Both the position numbers and the translations under genes were made by a program. A stretch of DNA of 64,000 nucleotides, from contig DATHMG010000035.1 in NCBI GenBank assembly GCA_035487275.1, positions 72,128 through 136,127 of the forward strand. Reading direction: 5' to 3'. This document shows positions 17,613 through 27,371 of the stretch, piece by piece (positions within the stretch are counted from its first letter, which is position 1; each line of letters starts with the position of its first letter). The notes under the pieces were generated by a model. That model saw only the letters and a program-made list of their open reading frames with translations, was not told the DNA's origin and searched no databases. Origin of the DNA: Candidatus Acidiferrum sp. (GTDB lineage Bacteria > Acidobacteriota > Terriglobia > Acidiferrales > UBA7541).

Positions 17613-20141
17613 ATGGCCAATAGAACCATTCTCGAAGAACAGCGCGCGGCAAAGCCTTCGAAATCCGCAAAGAGGACCGTCAATAGCAGTGGAAAAAATG
17701 TGGGCGTGGCGGATCGCGAACACGTTTTTGAGCTGTTCCGACAATGGGGTTTTTATGAAGCCAACCTCGATCCGCTTGGCTTTCTTGAACCGGTAAAACG
17801 TCCCGAACTGGATTTGACCGGTCCCGCTGCCGATGAGGCCCGTAGGATTTATTGCGGAACCGTGGGCGCCGAATTTATGCACCTGCCGGAGCCGGAACGA
17901 CGGCAATGGATTGCGCAGCGCCTGGAAAGTCCGGCCTCTGCGGTGGACCAACGGCAAATACTTGAGCGCCTGGTCCGCGCGGACCTCTTCGAGCAAGTTT
18001 TGCAAGCACGCTACCTGGGGGCCAAACGGTTTTCGCTCGAAGGGGTGACCGCGCTGATTCCTTTGCTTGATGGCCTGCTGGAAGCTGCGGTAGAAACCGG
18101 GGCTCGGGAGAGCGTGATCGCCATGAGCCATCGCGGGCGCCTGAACGTCATGGTGCACACCGCGTGCAAGCCTGCTCATCAAGTGGTTTCCGGATTTGAA
18201 GATGTGGACCCGCGCAGCGTGCTTGGCGCCGGCGATGTGAAGTATCACGTGGGCGCAACCGGCGTATTCAAAACCACGACGGGAAAGCAAATTGGGATTC
18301 ACCTGGTATCGAATCCCAGCCATCTGGAGGCGGTCGATCCAGTCGCGATGGGGCGGGCACGCGCGAAGCAAACACGCCTCGGCGGGGACAGCACGAAAGC
18401 TATTGTGCCGATTGTGATGCATGGCGATGCCGCCTTCGCCGGCCAAGGCATCTGGGCCGAAACTTTGAACCTGGCTGACTTAAAGGCCTACACCGTCGGC
18501 GGCACGATTCACATTATCGTAAATAATTTGATCGGGTTTACAACTCGGCCGGCCCAGGCGCAGTCGTCGCGCTTCGCCTCCGACATCGCCAAACGACAGT
18601 CTGTTCCGGTGTTTCACCTAAACGCCGAGGATCCCGATGCGGTCGTTCGCATTGGAAAGATCGCCGCGGAGTATCGGGCGACGTTTGGCAGCGACGTGGT
18701 GGTGGATATCATCGGATATCGCCGCCATGGCCACAGCGAAGTGGATGATCCGACGATCACCCAGCCACTGCTTTACGAAAAAATCAAAAGTCATCCACAG
18801 CTGTGGAAGTTATATGCCAAGCAAACGGGAATTGATCCGGCCGGGATGGCTGAACAGATCCGCGCCGAGTATGAAAGTGAGCAAACTAAGGCTCAGGAGC
18901 TGAAGAAATTACCGCACCTCCGCAGACTTCCAGATTACTGGTCGGCATATAAGCGCGGGCGCTATGACGCCTCGATAGAAGTCGATACCGGCGTGCCGCT
19001 CGAGAAATTGGCGGAAATTACCGATGCACTTTGTCGCGTTCCGCAGGGCTTTCACGTTCATCCGAAAATTGCGAAGCTGCTCGAACAGCGCGTGGAGATG
19101 GGACATGGGAAACGCGCAGTGGACTACGGCTTCGCGGAAGCGCTGGCGTTTGGATCCCTTTTGCTGGAAGGCAATCCTGTTCGCCTAACCGGACAGGACA
19201 CGCAGCGAGGCACATTTAATCAGCGGCATGCCGTTCTAGTTGATACGCAAACCGAAGCGGAATATCTGTCGCTGGCACATCTCTCGCCCGGCGGACCTTT
19301 TTGTGAGATCGCCAATTCTCCGTTGTCGGAAGCAGCGTGCGTCGGTTTCGAATACGGATTTAGCCGGGATTATCCGGAAGCGCTGGTCGCCTGGGAAGCG
19401 CAATTCGGCGATTTTGTGAATGGCGCGCAGGTGATCATCGATCAATTCATCAGCGCCGGCGAAGATAAATGGGATTTGCCTTCAGGATTGGTGATGTTGC
19501 TGCCGCATGGGTACGAAGGGCAAGGCCCAGAGCATTCCAGCGCGCGCATCGAACGATTTCTGCAACTGGCGGGCGAAGACAACATTCAGATCTGCCAGCC
19601 GTCGACGGCGGCACAATATTTTCACATGCTGCGAAGGCAAGTGCGCCGCCCATGGCGCAAGCCGCTGATTGTGTTTACGCCAAAAAGCATGCTGCGTCAT
19701 CCGGAAGCCAGTTCGCCGGTTCAGGATTTTGCCGAGCCGCGCTTTTTGCCATTAATCCCGGATCGTGAAGTCACGGACGCGAAGCGCATTCTGATCGCCA
19801 GCGGCAAGGTTGGCCACGAATTGCGGGCCGAACGCAAACGCCGCAATGATATTGAGACGGCAATCTTTTTCCTGGAACAGTTTTATCCGCTGCCGCGGCT
19901 GGATGTCGCCGCGGCAATCACCGCGCATCCCAATGCACGCGAAATTATCTGGGTGCAGGAAGAGCCGCGAAATATGGGTGGCTACTTCTATGTGGTGCCG
20001 CGCCTTGAGAGTTTGGCCAAGGGACTGGGATTGCGCTTGCGCTCTGTGAAGCGCTCGAGCAGCGCCAGCCCCGCCACCGGGTCCGCAAAAGCACACGAGC
20101 TGGAACAAAAAACTCTGCTTGCGCTGGCTTTTACTACTTAG
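17613..20141 (+). CDS. sucA: 2-oxoglutarate dehydrogenase E1 component
   Basis: KRFSLEG, MSHRGRLN, GDVKYH, NPSHLEA, HGDAAFAGQG, RGTFNQRHA and LPHGYEGQGPEHSSAR. Confidence 0.94.
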   Translation: MANRTILEEQRAAKPSKSAKRTVNSSGKNVGVADREHVFELFRQWGFYEANLDPLGFLEPVKRPELDLTGPAADEARRIYCGTVGAEFMHLPEPERRQWIAQRLESPASAVDQRQILERLVRADLFEQVLQARYLGAKRFSLEGVTALIPLLDGLLEAAVETGARESVIAMSHRGRLNVMVHTACKPAHQVVSGFEDVDPRSVLGAGDVKYHVGATGVFKTTTGKQIGIHLVSNPSHLEAVDPVAMGRARAKQTRLGGDSTKAIVPIVMHGDAAFAGQGIWAETLNLADLKAYTVGGTIHIIVNNLIGFTTRPAQAQSSRFASDIAKRQSVPVFHLNAEDPDAVVRIGKIAAEYRATFGSDVVVDIIGYRRHGHSEVDDPTITQPLLYEKIKSHPQLWKLYAKQTGIDPAGMAEQIRAEYESEQTKAQELKKLPHLRRLPDYWSAYKRGRYDASIEVDTGVPLEKLAEITDALCRVPQGFHVHPKIAKLLEQRVEMGHGKRAVDYGFAEALAFGSLLLEGNPVRLTGQDTQRGTFNQRHAVLVDTQTEAEYLSLAHLSPGGPFCEIANSPLSEAACVGFEYGFSRDYPEALVAWEAQFGDFVNGAQVIIDQFISAGEDKWDLPSGLVMLLPHGYEGQGPEHSSARIERFLQLAGEDNIQICQPSTAAQYFHMLRRQVRRPWRKPLIVFTPKSMLRHPEASSPVQDFAEPRFLPLIPDREVTDAKRILIASGKVGHELRAERKRRNDIETAIFFLEQFYPLPRLDVAAAITAHPNAREIIWVQEEPRNMGGYFYVVPRLESLAKGLGLRLRSVKRSSSASPATGSAKAHELEQKTLLALAFTT

Positions 20142-20185
20142 CTTGTTGAAGTGATTTTTTCGAACTGCGGGCGAGAAAATCTCGC

Positions 20186-20224
20186 GTTCACGCGACATTC
20201 ATCTGAGCGTCATATCCGCTTTAC
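20186..20224 (+). promoter_or_regulatory. Putative Pho-box array upstream of phoB
   Basis: GTTCAC (20186), ATTCAT (20197), CGTCAT (20208) and CTTTAC (20219) at exact 11-bp spacing. Confidence 0.55.
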
Positions 20225-20351
20225 ACGGGCTTTGCCACAATGAGCCGTGTCAATTGAGACCCCGAGCCATCAAAATCCTGCACATGTCTATCGCAACGCG
20301 CCGCTGTACGATACACTGCCGCCCAGACATCGGAAGGCCCGCTCCATCAGC

Positions 20352-21047
20352 ATGAAACGCATCCTGATCATTGAGGACGACCGCGACATCGTGGAACTGG
20401 TGCGCTACAACCTGGCCAATGAAGGCTTTCAAGTCAGCGCTGCTTCAGACGGAAACAGCGGCTTGAACTCCCTGAAAAAAACTCCACCCGATCTGCTGCT
20501 TCTGGACCTGATGCTCCCCAAGCTTTCCGGACTGGATATTTGTAGAGAAATTCGCCGCGATGATTCGCTCAACCGTTTACCAATTTTGATGCTCACCGCT
20601 CGTGGGGATGAGGCGGATCGCGTTGTGGGCCTCGAAATGGGGGCTGACGATTATGTCACCAAGCCATTTAGCCCCCGCGAATTGATTGCGCGGGTGAAAG
20701 CGTTGTTGCGCCGTGCGGAGCCACCGACGGATTCGCCGCGCATTATTGAAATTGGTAAATTGGCTATTGACCCGGCATCTTATCGCGTAAGTCATTCTGG
20801 AAAAGCAGTGCCGCTCAGCACACTTGAGTTTCGTTTGTTGTATTATCTTGCTTCGCGCCCGAATCGCGTGTTCACTAGGGACCAATTACTTGACGCTGTC
20901 TGGGGAACGGATCGTTTCGTCACCCCTCGAAGCGTCGACGTTTATGTCCGCCGCTTGCGCGAGAAGATCGAACCGGACCCGGAAAATCCGATGCATCTGA
21001 AAACTGTACGCGGAGCAGGGTACTTGTTCGAAACCCGTGCGGCGTAA
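20352..21047 (+). CDS. phoB: PhoB/PhoP-type response regulator (OmpR family)
   Basis: ILIIEDD, LLDLMLP, GADDYVTKPF, RSVDVYVRRLREKIE and TVRGAGY; adjacent to phoR-like kinase and phoU. Confidence 0.88.
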   Translation: MKRILIIEDDRDIVELVRYNLANEGFQVSAASDGNSGLNSLKKTPPDLLLLDLMLPKLSGLDICREIRRDDSLNRLPILMLTARGDEADRVVGLEMGADDYVTKPFSPRELIARVKALLRRAEPPTDSPRIIEIGKLAIDPASYRVSHSGKAVPLSTLEFRLLYYLASRPNRVFTRDQLLDAVWGTDRFVTPRSVDVYVRRLREKIEPDPENPMHLKTVRGAGYLFETRAA

Positions 21048-22890
21048 TCTTTTCGCAAAACTCGGCCTAACATTTCTGGCGCTGCTCATCAGCGCTCTGT
21101 TGGCGGTAGACTACTTTGCGGAACGCGCTTTGCGCCGCGATTACGAGCGGACCGCCTTCTCTCAACTAACCGCCGTTGCCGGAATCGCGCAGGCGCGCGC
21201 ATCAGCCCTGCCGTCATTGCCCCCCTCGCGCCCGGAAGACGTCACCAAATTAAATGAGTGGATTTCGCAAATGGCCGCCAGCGGTTCACGGGTAACTGTT
21301 ATCGGTGGCGACGGACAAGTTTTTGCGGAGTCCCAATCCAATTCGCAGACGATGGAGAATCACGCCAGTCGCCCAGAAGTTCGTGAGGCGCTGGCGAAAG
21401 GCAGCGGTCGCGCCATTCGTCACAGCGTCACAGTGAATCGGGACATGCTCTATTACGCGGTTCGGCACGACCTGGCAACCGGAGCACCAATCGTTCTGCG
21501 GTTCGCTCTACCGATTGAAACCGTAGATGAGGTGCGGCAATCGTTCCGCCGGAGCCTGTGGCTTTCGTCATTTATTATTTTGATCATTGCGGGAGTTGCA
21601 GCCTTACAGATTTCACGTGTTTTCACCGATCGCGTGGAACGTCTGAAAGACTTTTCTCGACGGGTGGCTGCGGGTGACTTCACGGCCATTCCGGCCGACA
21701 GTTCTGGGGACGCGCTCGACGCCTTAGGCGCGTCGATGAATCGCACCGCCGCGCAACTCGACGGGACCATCCGCACGCTGACAGAAGAACGAAACCTATC
21801 CACGGCTATCCTGGGAAGCATGGTGGAGGGCGTTGCGGTGGTAAACGCCTCTGAACGCCTGCTTTTCGCCAATCAGGGATTTGCGGGAATACTTAACCTG
21901 AAGTTCCCGCCGAAATCGGGAAGCGCGCTGGTAGAAATTGTTCGCCAGACCGAACTGATCGAGGCGGTGCGGCACGTGTTGCACGGCGAATCGAGGGTCG
22001 AAGCGGAAATTGTCACCGGAACGCTGCGTCAAAAGTATTTTGCTGCGACCGTAGCGTCGGTGCGAGCAGGCGACACTCTGGGCGCGGTAGTGGTGCTGCA
22101 CGACATCACCGAATTGCGCCGCTTGGAGCGTGTGCGCCGCGATTTTGTGGCCAACGTGTCGCACGAATTCAGAACGCCACTCACAGCTATCCAAGGGTTT
22201 GCGGAGACGCTGCTGGCTGGGGCCATCGACGACGCGCAAAATCGCGTGCGCTTCCTGGAAATAATTCTGGAGCATGCCCGGCGGCTGGCCCGGCTCACCG
22301 AAGACCTGCTTCGTCTTTCGCAAATGGATTCTGACCGGTTGGAACTGGAAATTGACGAGGTGAGCGTTTCGCAAATCGTCGACAGTTGCCTGGCAACCGC
22401 GCAGCACCGCGCCTTGGAAAATGGACTTACACTTTCGGTGAAGGTGCCATCAAATCTACCCGGTGTCGCGGGAGACCGCCGGAGGTTAGCTGAGGTTCTG
22501 CAAAATCTCCTGGATAACGCGCGGCAGTACACCCTGCCTGGCGGTGAGATTGTACTGAGTGCGGAAGCACGCGAATTGGAAGTGATATTCACGGTTTCCG
22601 ATACCGGCATCGGCATTCCGCGGGCGGATCAGTCGCGCATTTTTGAACGGTTTTACCGCGTCGATGCGGCGCGATCGCGCGAAGCGGGCGGGACGGGACT
22701 TGGTCTGGCCATCGCTAAGCACTTGATCGAAGCGCAGGGCGGGCGCATCTGGGTGGAAAGCGAAATTGGCAAAGGTTCGCATTTTCATTTCTCCGTACCG
22801 ATTTTCGACGCACATCGGGCGATGCACCATGCGACTCCCAGCACCACGGCGCAGCTGAGAAACAATCGCGGACGGATCCCCTCGGCGTAA
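21037..22890 (+). CDS. phoR: Phosphate regulon sensor kinase (TM-sensor-TM-HAMP-PAS-HisKA-HATPase)
   Basis: MENHASRPEV sensor motif, RRDFVANVSHEFRTPLT H-box and RIFERFYRVDAARSREAGGTGLGLAI. Confidence 0.9.
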   Translation: MRRNLFAKLGLTFLALLISALLAVDYFAERALRRDYERTAFSQLTAVAGIAQARASALPSLPPSRPEDVTKLNEWISQMAASGSRVTVIGGDGQVFAESQSNSQTMENHASRPEVREALAKGSGRAIRHSVTVNRDMLYYAVRHDLATGAPIVLRFALPIETVDEVRQSFRRSLWLSSFIILIIAGVAALQISRVFTDRVERLKDFSRRVAAGDFTAIPADSSGDALDALGASMNRTAAQLDGTIRTLTEERNLSTAILGSMVEGVAVVNASERLLFANQGFAGILNLKFPPKSGSALVEIVRQTELIEAVRHVLHGESRVEAEIVTGTLRQKYFAATVASVRAGDTLGAVVVLHDITELRRLERVRRDFVANVSHEFRTPLTAIQGFAETLLAGAIDDAQNRVRFLEIILEHARRLARLTEDLLRLSQMDSDRLELEIDEVSVSQIVDSCLATAQHRALENGLTLSVKVPSNLPGVAGDRRRLAEVLQNLLDNARQYTLPGGEIVLSAEARELEVIFTVSDTGIGIPRADQSRIFERFYRVDAARSREAGGTGLGLAIAKHLIEAQGGRIWVESEIGKGSHFHFSVPIFDAHRAMHHATPSTTAQLRNNRGRIPSA

Positions 22891-22958
22891 CCTACCTGCA
22901 TCGGCCTCTTGGCCTTAAGCGGCCGCAAATTCGACACACCTCGCACAAATAATTCGAG

Positions 22959-22987
22959 CGTTCATACGCATGTGAACATCCTGTAAT
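22959..22987 (+). promoter_or_regulatory. Putative Pho box upstream of the first phoU
   Basis: cgttcat-acgc-atgtgaa-catc-ctgtaat, 11-bp period; shares atcctgtaa with the pstS upstream site. Confidence 0.6.
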
Positions 22988-23056
22988 ACTTCCGGCCGCA
23001 CACTGGCGTGGAGCGAGCGACCGTTGTGCAAAGCTGCTCGGAAAGAGGCCAGCCCT

Positions 23057-23842
23057 ATGACAAGCGTTACAGAAATAACCGGGGTGGTGCTGTACGACAC
23101 GCTGGTGAATTACCTGGTTGCGATGTCCCGCACGGTGGAAGGCGCGATGAATCGCGCTTTGGACGCGCTTGTGAACGTGGATAGTTCGCGAACAGCGGAC
23201 CTGCCGGGCGAAGTATTTTTGCTGGAGCCGCGCATCAACGAGATGGAAGTGATCATCGATGAACACGCTATTCGGTTGTTGCGCCAATGCAGCTTTAACG
23301 ACGACGAAATGCGGCTGATCGTCGCCGCATTGAAGATCACTAACGATCTGGAGCGCATTGGGGACTTGGCAGTAAATCTTGCCCAATGCGTCATCTCGTT
23401 GCGGGAGATGCCTAAAGTCGCGGCGATAGACGAACTGACACCCATGACTGCCGCAGTGCGAACCATGGTAGGCAAAAGCCTGGGGGCTTTAATTTTCAAG
23501 AATGTTGAGATGGCGTTGCAGGTACTTGAGAGCGACGATGCCGTGGATCAATATCGCGATCGCATTTTTGAGGAATTGATGCGACGCATGATGCAGGAAC
23601 CGGCGATGATCAGCCCGGGCTTGCAATACGTCCTGGCGACACGTCATCTGGAGCGCATCGCGGATCACGCCACCAACATATCCGAGGACATTATTTTTTG
23701 GGTGCGCGGCCTGGATGTGCGCCACGGCCGGGGCTTGCTGGTGGCTAATGACTCTGGCGACGGAGAATCCACAACTGCCTCGCATGTCACAGAAAATTCA
23801 TACCGCCTTCATCCAGATTCAGCGGTTGAACTGCAAGACTAG
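23057..23842 (+). CDS. phoU: Phosphate signalling protein PhoU (copy 1)
   Basis: Twin motifs DLERIGDLAVN and HLERIADHATNISED; extra C-terminal tail. Confidence 0.92.
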   Translation: MTSVTEITGVVLYDTLVNYLVAMSRTVEGAMNRALDALVNVDSSRTADLPGEVFLLEPRINEMEVIIDEHAIRLLRQCSFNDDEMRLIVAALKITNDLERIGDLAVNLAQCVISLREMPKVAAIDELTPMTAAVRTMVGKSLGALIFKNVEMALQVLESDDAVDQYRDRIFEELMRRMMQEPAMISPGLQYVLATRHLERIADHATNISEDIIFWVRGLDVRHGRGLLVANDSGDGESTTASHVTENSYRLHPDSAVELQD

Positions 23843-24140
23843 CCGCGTTTGATCTTCTATTCATGTCCTACCTGGGGACCAGAACACCCCTGGCTCTGGT
23901 CCCTATCTCCCCGCTACTAGATTGATCATTTTTTCCTTGCGCGCCTACGCAGTTATCATTGTCGACAGCCTAGTGCTTTTGAATTATTGCTCTTCTGCCC
24001 ATTCGAATTAAGAATCTCCGCAAGTTGAAACGTTCCCTTACCTAATTTGATTCGTGTTTCGTTCGACGCCCCTAGGACGAAGTTTTAGTTACGGTGTGTT
24101 CAGCCGGGGATCCGCGTTCACAGGCTTATTTTTGCGGGAG

Positions 24141-25616
24141 ATGACCAGCATTATGAAAATGGAAACCTGTTTGATGAAATCCCTGATGGCGACGCTATGT
24201 ATTCTCAGCTGCGGCAGAAATATTCGGGCACAGTCCGAGCCCGCGCCGCTTCAAATCGGGTCAGTCACTTTCTCAGGCAACATTCGCGAACGTTACGAAG
24301 TCTGGGACTGGTTTCCGGCGAAAGGCCAGAATTTTTACAGTTACTCTGGCACGCTGATGCGCTTTGCGTTGTCGCAAAAGCGACAAAACTTTGATTGGAC
24401 CGTAGAGTTTGCCGTGCCCGTACTACTGGGGCTGCCCGACCGCGCAGTCGACCCAGCGCCTCAGGGACAATTGGGGTTGGGAGCCGCGTATTATGCAGCC
24501 AACGACAATAATCAATTTGCGGCCTTCATTTTTCCGAAGCAGGCCTTCATTCGTTTGAAGGGTGATCACGCCAGTATGCGGTTGGGCCGGTTTGAATTTA
24601 CTGATGGGAGTGAAGTGAAACCGCTCAATGCCACGCTCGCGTCCGTGAAGAACGATCGCATCGCGCAAAGATTGATTGGCACTTTTGGTTATTCGGACGT
24701 GATGCGTAGTTTCGACGGTGCACACTACGTTTATGCGAGTGGCCCGTGGAATTTTACGGCGGTTGGTGCGATCCCGACGCGCGGGGTGTTTCAAGTTGAT
24801 GGTTGGGGCTGGGTGAACACGCCTATCGCGTATGTTTCCATTACCCGAGAAGAGGACAAAGGCCAGGTGCACGCGGAGTGGCGCGCGTTCGGCCTGTTCT
24901 ATCACGATGACCGCGGCCTGGTAAAAACCGACAACCGCCCTGCCGCGGCGCGCAATCTCGATCTGCAGCCAATTGATATTGGAACGTATGGAGGACATTT
25001 TATTGCAGCGCTCCCAGCGGCGGCGGGCACCGTCGATCTAGTTGGTTGGGGCGCGTTGCAAACTGGGCGCTGGGGCACGCTCACGCAGCGGTCGGCGGCG
25101 GGCGCTGCTGAGATTGGTTTCCAGCCACGTTTTGCGCAGGCGGTTCGTCCCTGGATTCGCGGCGGTTATTTTTATTCCAGAGGAGATGGCAACCCCACTG
25201 ACGATACTCATGGAACATTTTTTGCGGTGCTGCCGACGCCACGCGTTTACGCGCGCTTTCCGTTTTTCAATGAAATGGATAACCGCGACCTTTTCGTGGA
25301 GCTGATGCTGCGTCCAGGAAAAAATCTGGTGTTGCGCACCGACGTACACGGTCTATGGCTGGCCGACAGCCACGATCTCTGGTACACCGGTGGAGGCGCA
25401 TTTCAGCCCGGGACGTTGGGGTTTTCCGGGCGGCCGTCGAATGGCTCGACGGGTCTGGCAAATCTTTACGATATGAGCGCGGACTATAAATTTACTCACG
25501 GCGTAACGCTGGGGCTTTATTTTGGCTACGCACGAGGCCGCGCCGTGATCCAAAAACTCTATCCCGGCAGCAGCAACGGCCTGCTCGGATTCACAGAAGT
25601 CAATTACCGTTTCTAG
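24141..25616 (+). CDS. Outer-membrane beta-barrel, alginate-export (AlgE-like) family
   Basis: Signal peptide, RERYE near the N-terminus, RLGRFEF, RSFDG, GDGNPTDDTHGTF and C-terminal YRF; start uncertain (24141-24174). Confidence 0.8.
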   Translation: MTSIMKMETCLMKSLMATLCILSCGRNIRAQSEPAPLQIGSVTFSGNIRERYEVWDWFPAKGQNFYSYSGTLMRFALSQKRQNFDWTVEFAVPVLLGLPDRAVDPAPQGQLGLGAAYYAANDNNQFAAFIFPKQAFIRLKGDHASMRLGRFEFTDGSEVKPLNATLASVKNDRIAQRLIGTFGYSDVMRSFDGAHYVYASGPWNFTAVGAIPTRGVFQVDGWGWVNTPIAYVSITREEDKGQVHAEWRAFGLFYHDDRGLVKTDNRPAAARNLDLQPIDIGTYGGHFIAALPAAAGTVDLVGWGALQTGRWGTLTQRSAAGAAEIGFQPRFAQAVRPWIRGGYFYSRGDGNPTDDTHGTFFAVLPTPRVYARFPFFNEMDNRDLFVELMLRPGKNLVLRTDVHGLWLADSHDLWYTGGGAFQPGTLGFSGRPSNGSTGLANLYDMSADYKFTHGVTLGLYFGYARGRAVIQKLYPGSSNGLLGFTEVNYRF

Positions 25617-25630
25617 TTCAATCGACATTC

Positions 25631-25671
25631 AAACAAAAAAGGAAGGGCAACCCAGGGGGAGCTGCCCTTCC
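25631..25671 (-). terminator. Minus-strand intrinsic terminator
   Basis: Stem ggaagggca/tgcccttcc followed on the minus strand by ttttttgttt. Confidence 0.8.
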
Positions 25672-25848
25672 GCGGCCCCTTGTTAAGGGGACGCCCTGCC
25701 GATCTAATGGCAGGTAATTTAGCGGGTTTTGCAATAGAGATGGTGTGAGTGCAACTATTTGCATTGCTCTCTTTAAGTCAAAGTGCAAGGAGTACCGGAA
25801 TAATCCCGTCACGTGGCCCAGAACAGTAACGGCTCCCGCCTTACGGTC

Positions 25849-25877
25849 GCGTGAATCCGCTGTAAATATCCTGTAAC
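25849..25877 (+). promoter_or_regulatory. Orphan Pho-box-like repeat
   Basis: gcgtgaa-tccg-ctgtaaa-tatc-ctgtaac, 11-bp period, nearly identical to the pstS site. Confidence 0.5.
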
Positions 25878-25979
25878 AACCGGGGAAGCTCTGGTCTCTA
25901 CCGCAGTTGGATGGGAACTACGTGGCAGGCAAGCAAGCCGAATTGGGCTCCTGACATGACTTCTGCACAACACAACAAA

Positions 25980-27371
25980 TTATTTCGGTGATGCCATGGT
26001 AAAGGCCAGAACAATTTGGGTCAGGCGATATTGGTACTCGGCGTCGGTGCTCTCAATGTCCGCTTCGGTTTTCTGCAGAGCGGCTTGGCTGAATTCCACA
26101 ATGGAACTTAGTCCTAGATTGTAGCGAGATTGGGCCAAGTCAAACGCCAGGTTGGCCTGCTCGCGCAGCTGCCTGGTCACAGAAAGTCTTGCGTACGCCC
26201 GATTCGTGTCTTGCCACGCATTACGAACATCCCGAGCAACGTTATTCCTCAGATCCGACAGCCTTTGGCGATTTGCTTCCGTTTGCAGATCCGCTGTTTT
26301 TGCGCGCGCGTCAAACATAAAGCCATTGAATATCGGAATATTAATATTCACGCCGGCCGCTCCGTACCAGTCGGTTAACGGCTGGCCGGAGCGTACTGGT
26401 GTAATACCGACGGCTGCGAGAGCGCTGATGGTCGGCTTCTTTAAGTCATGCTCGGCGGCGCCAAATTTTTGTGCGGCGGCCACCTGGTCTTGTAACGCTT
26501 GAATTTCTGGACGTTGCTGCAAAGCTTGCAAGACGAGGGGGTTTTCCTCGGGGGCAGGGGGCGAGCTTTCCTTAACTTGCTCGATAGGTTGAAAGTTTTG
26601 CTGGTCCTGATAACCAAGAATGGCGGAAAGAGCATTCAGCGAGGCCTCGTAATTATTGATAGCCTCCAGAAGCAGCAGCCGGCCACGAGCTAGATCTACG
26701 TTGGCAAAGCTCAAATCGATATCTGACTTCAGTTTTGCGCTGGTCAGGGCTTGAATTTTGTCCACGAAAGTTTGGCGAGTGGTGACCGTTTCCTGCGCCA
26801 CAGTCACGAGCGCTTTGGTTTCCAGGGCGTTAAAGAACGCCTGGTCGACCGCCAGCACGATTTGGGCTGCGGTGGCTTGGGCCAACATGTCCTCGGCCTT
26901 GGCTTGATATTCCGAACTCGCAACAAGGTTGCTAGTTCGTCCGAAATCAGTGATCAATTGGCTGACGGTCACACCCGATCCGGCGCGCGGGAAAATGATG
27001 GGATTGTTTAATGCTCCCGCAGTTATGCGACTGCCGGCGTGGGAATCCGCGGCCGTGACACTTAGATACGCGTTGGGCATCAGCGCTGAACGCGACTCAC
27101 GCACATTTTGTTGAGAGACCAGCGCCTGCAGCCTGCCTACGGTGATTTGCGGATTCCTTTTCAGTGCAAGGTCCTCGGCTTCCTTGAGAGTCAAGGTCGG
27201 ACCCACGGCATGGGTCGCTAAGGCGTTGGCGGCTTCAGACAGGCCCGGGTTGTTTTGTTGGATTGGCGCTGGTTGCGGCGTGGGGTTCGACTGTGGTGTC
27301 TGGACCTGCGCTTGTGCGCTGACGCAGCCAAAAATTGCGATCGCGACGGGAAGGTATAAGCGGGTTATCAC
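25980..27371 (-). CDS. TolC-family outer membrane efflux channel
   Basis: GTG start overlapping the RND stop; signal peptide; LTLKEAEDLALKRNP, ALQQRPEI and RYNLGLSSIVE. Confidence 0.92.
   Translation of the reverse strand: MITRLYLPVAIAIFGCVSAQAQVQTPQSNPTPQPAPIQQNNPGLSEAANALATHAVGPTLTLKEAEDLALKRNPQITVGRLQALVSQQNVRESRSALMPNAYLSVTAADSHAGSRITAGALNNPIIFPRAGSGVTVSQLITDFGRTSNLVASSEYQAKAEDMLAQATAAQIVLAVDQAFFNALETKALVTVAQETVTTRQTFVDKIQALTSAKLKSDIDLSFANVDLARGRLLLLEAINNYEASLNALSAILGYQDQQNFQPIEQVKESSPPAPEENPLVLQALQQRPEIQALQDQVAAAQKFGAAEHDLKKPTISALAAVGITPVRSGQPLTDWYGAAGVNINIPIFNGFMFDARAKTADLQTEANRQRLSDLRNNVARDVRNAWQDTNRAYARLSVTRQLREQANLAFDLAQSRYNLGLSSIVEFSQAALQKTEADIESTDAEYQYRLTQIVLAFTMASPK

Noticed and set aside
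17586-18446. Long antisense ORFs (also 39293-40054, 21796-22407, 51037-51657, 51539-52156, 61831-62439)
   Set aside because: Shadow frames of well-conserved genes, common in GC-rich DNA
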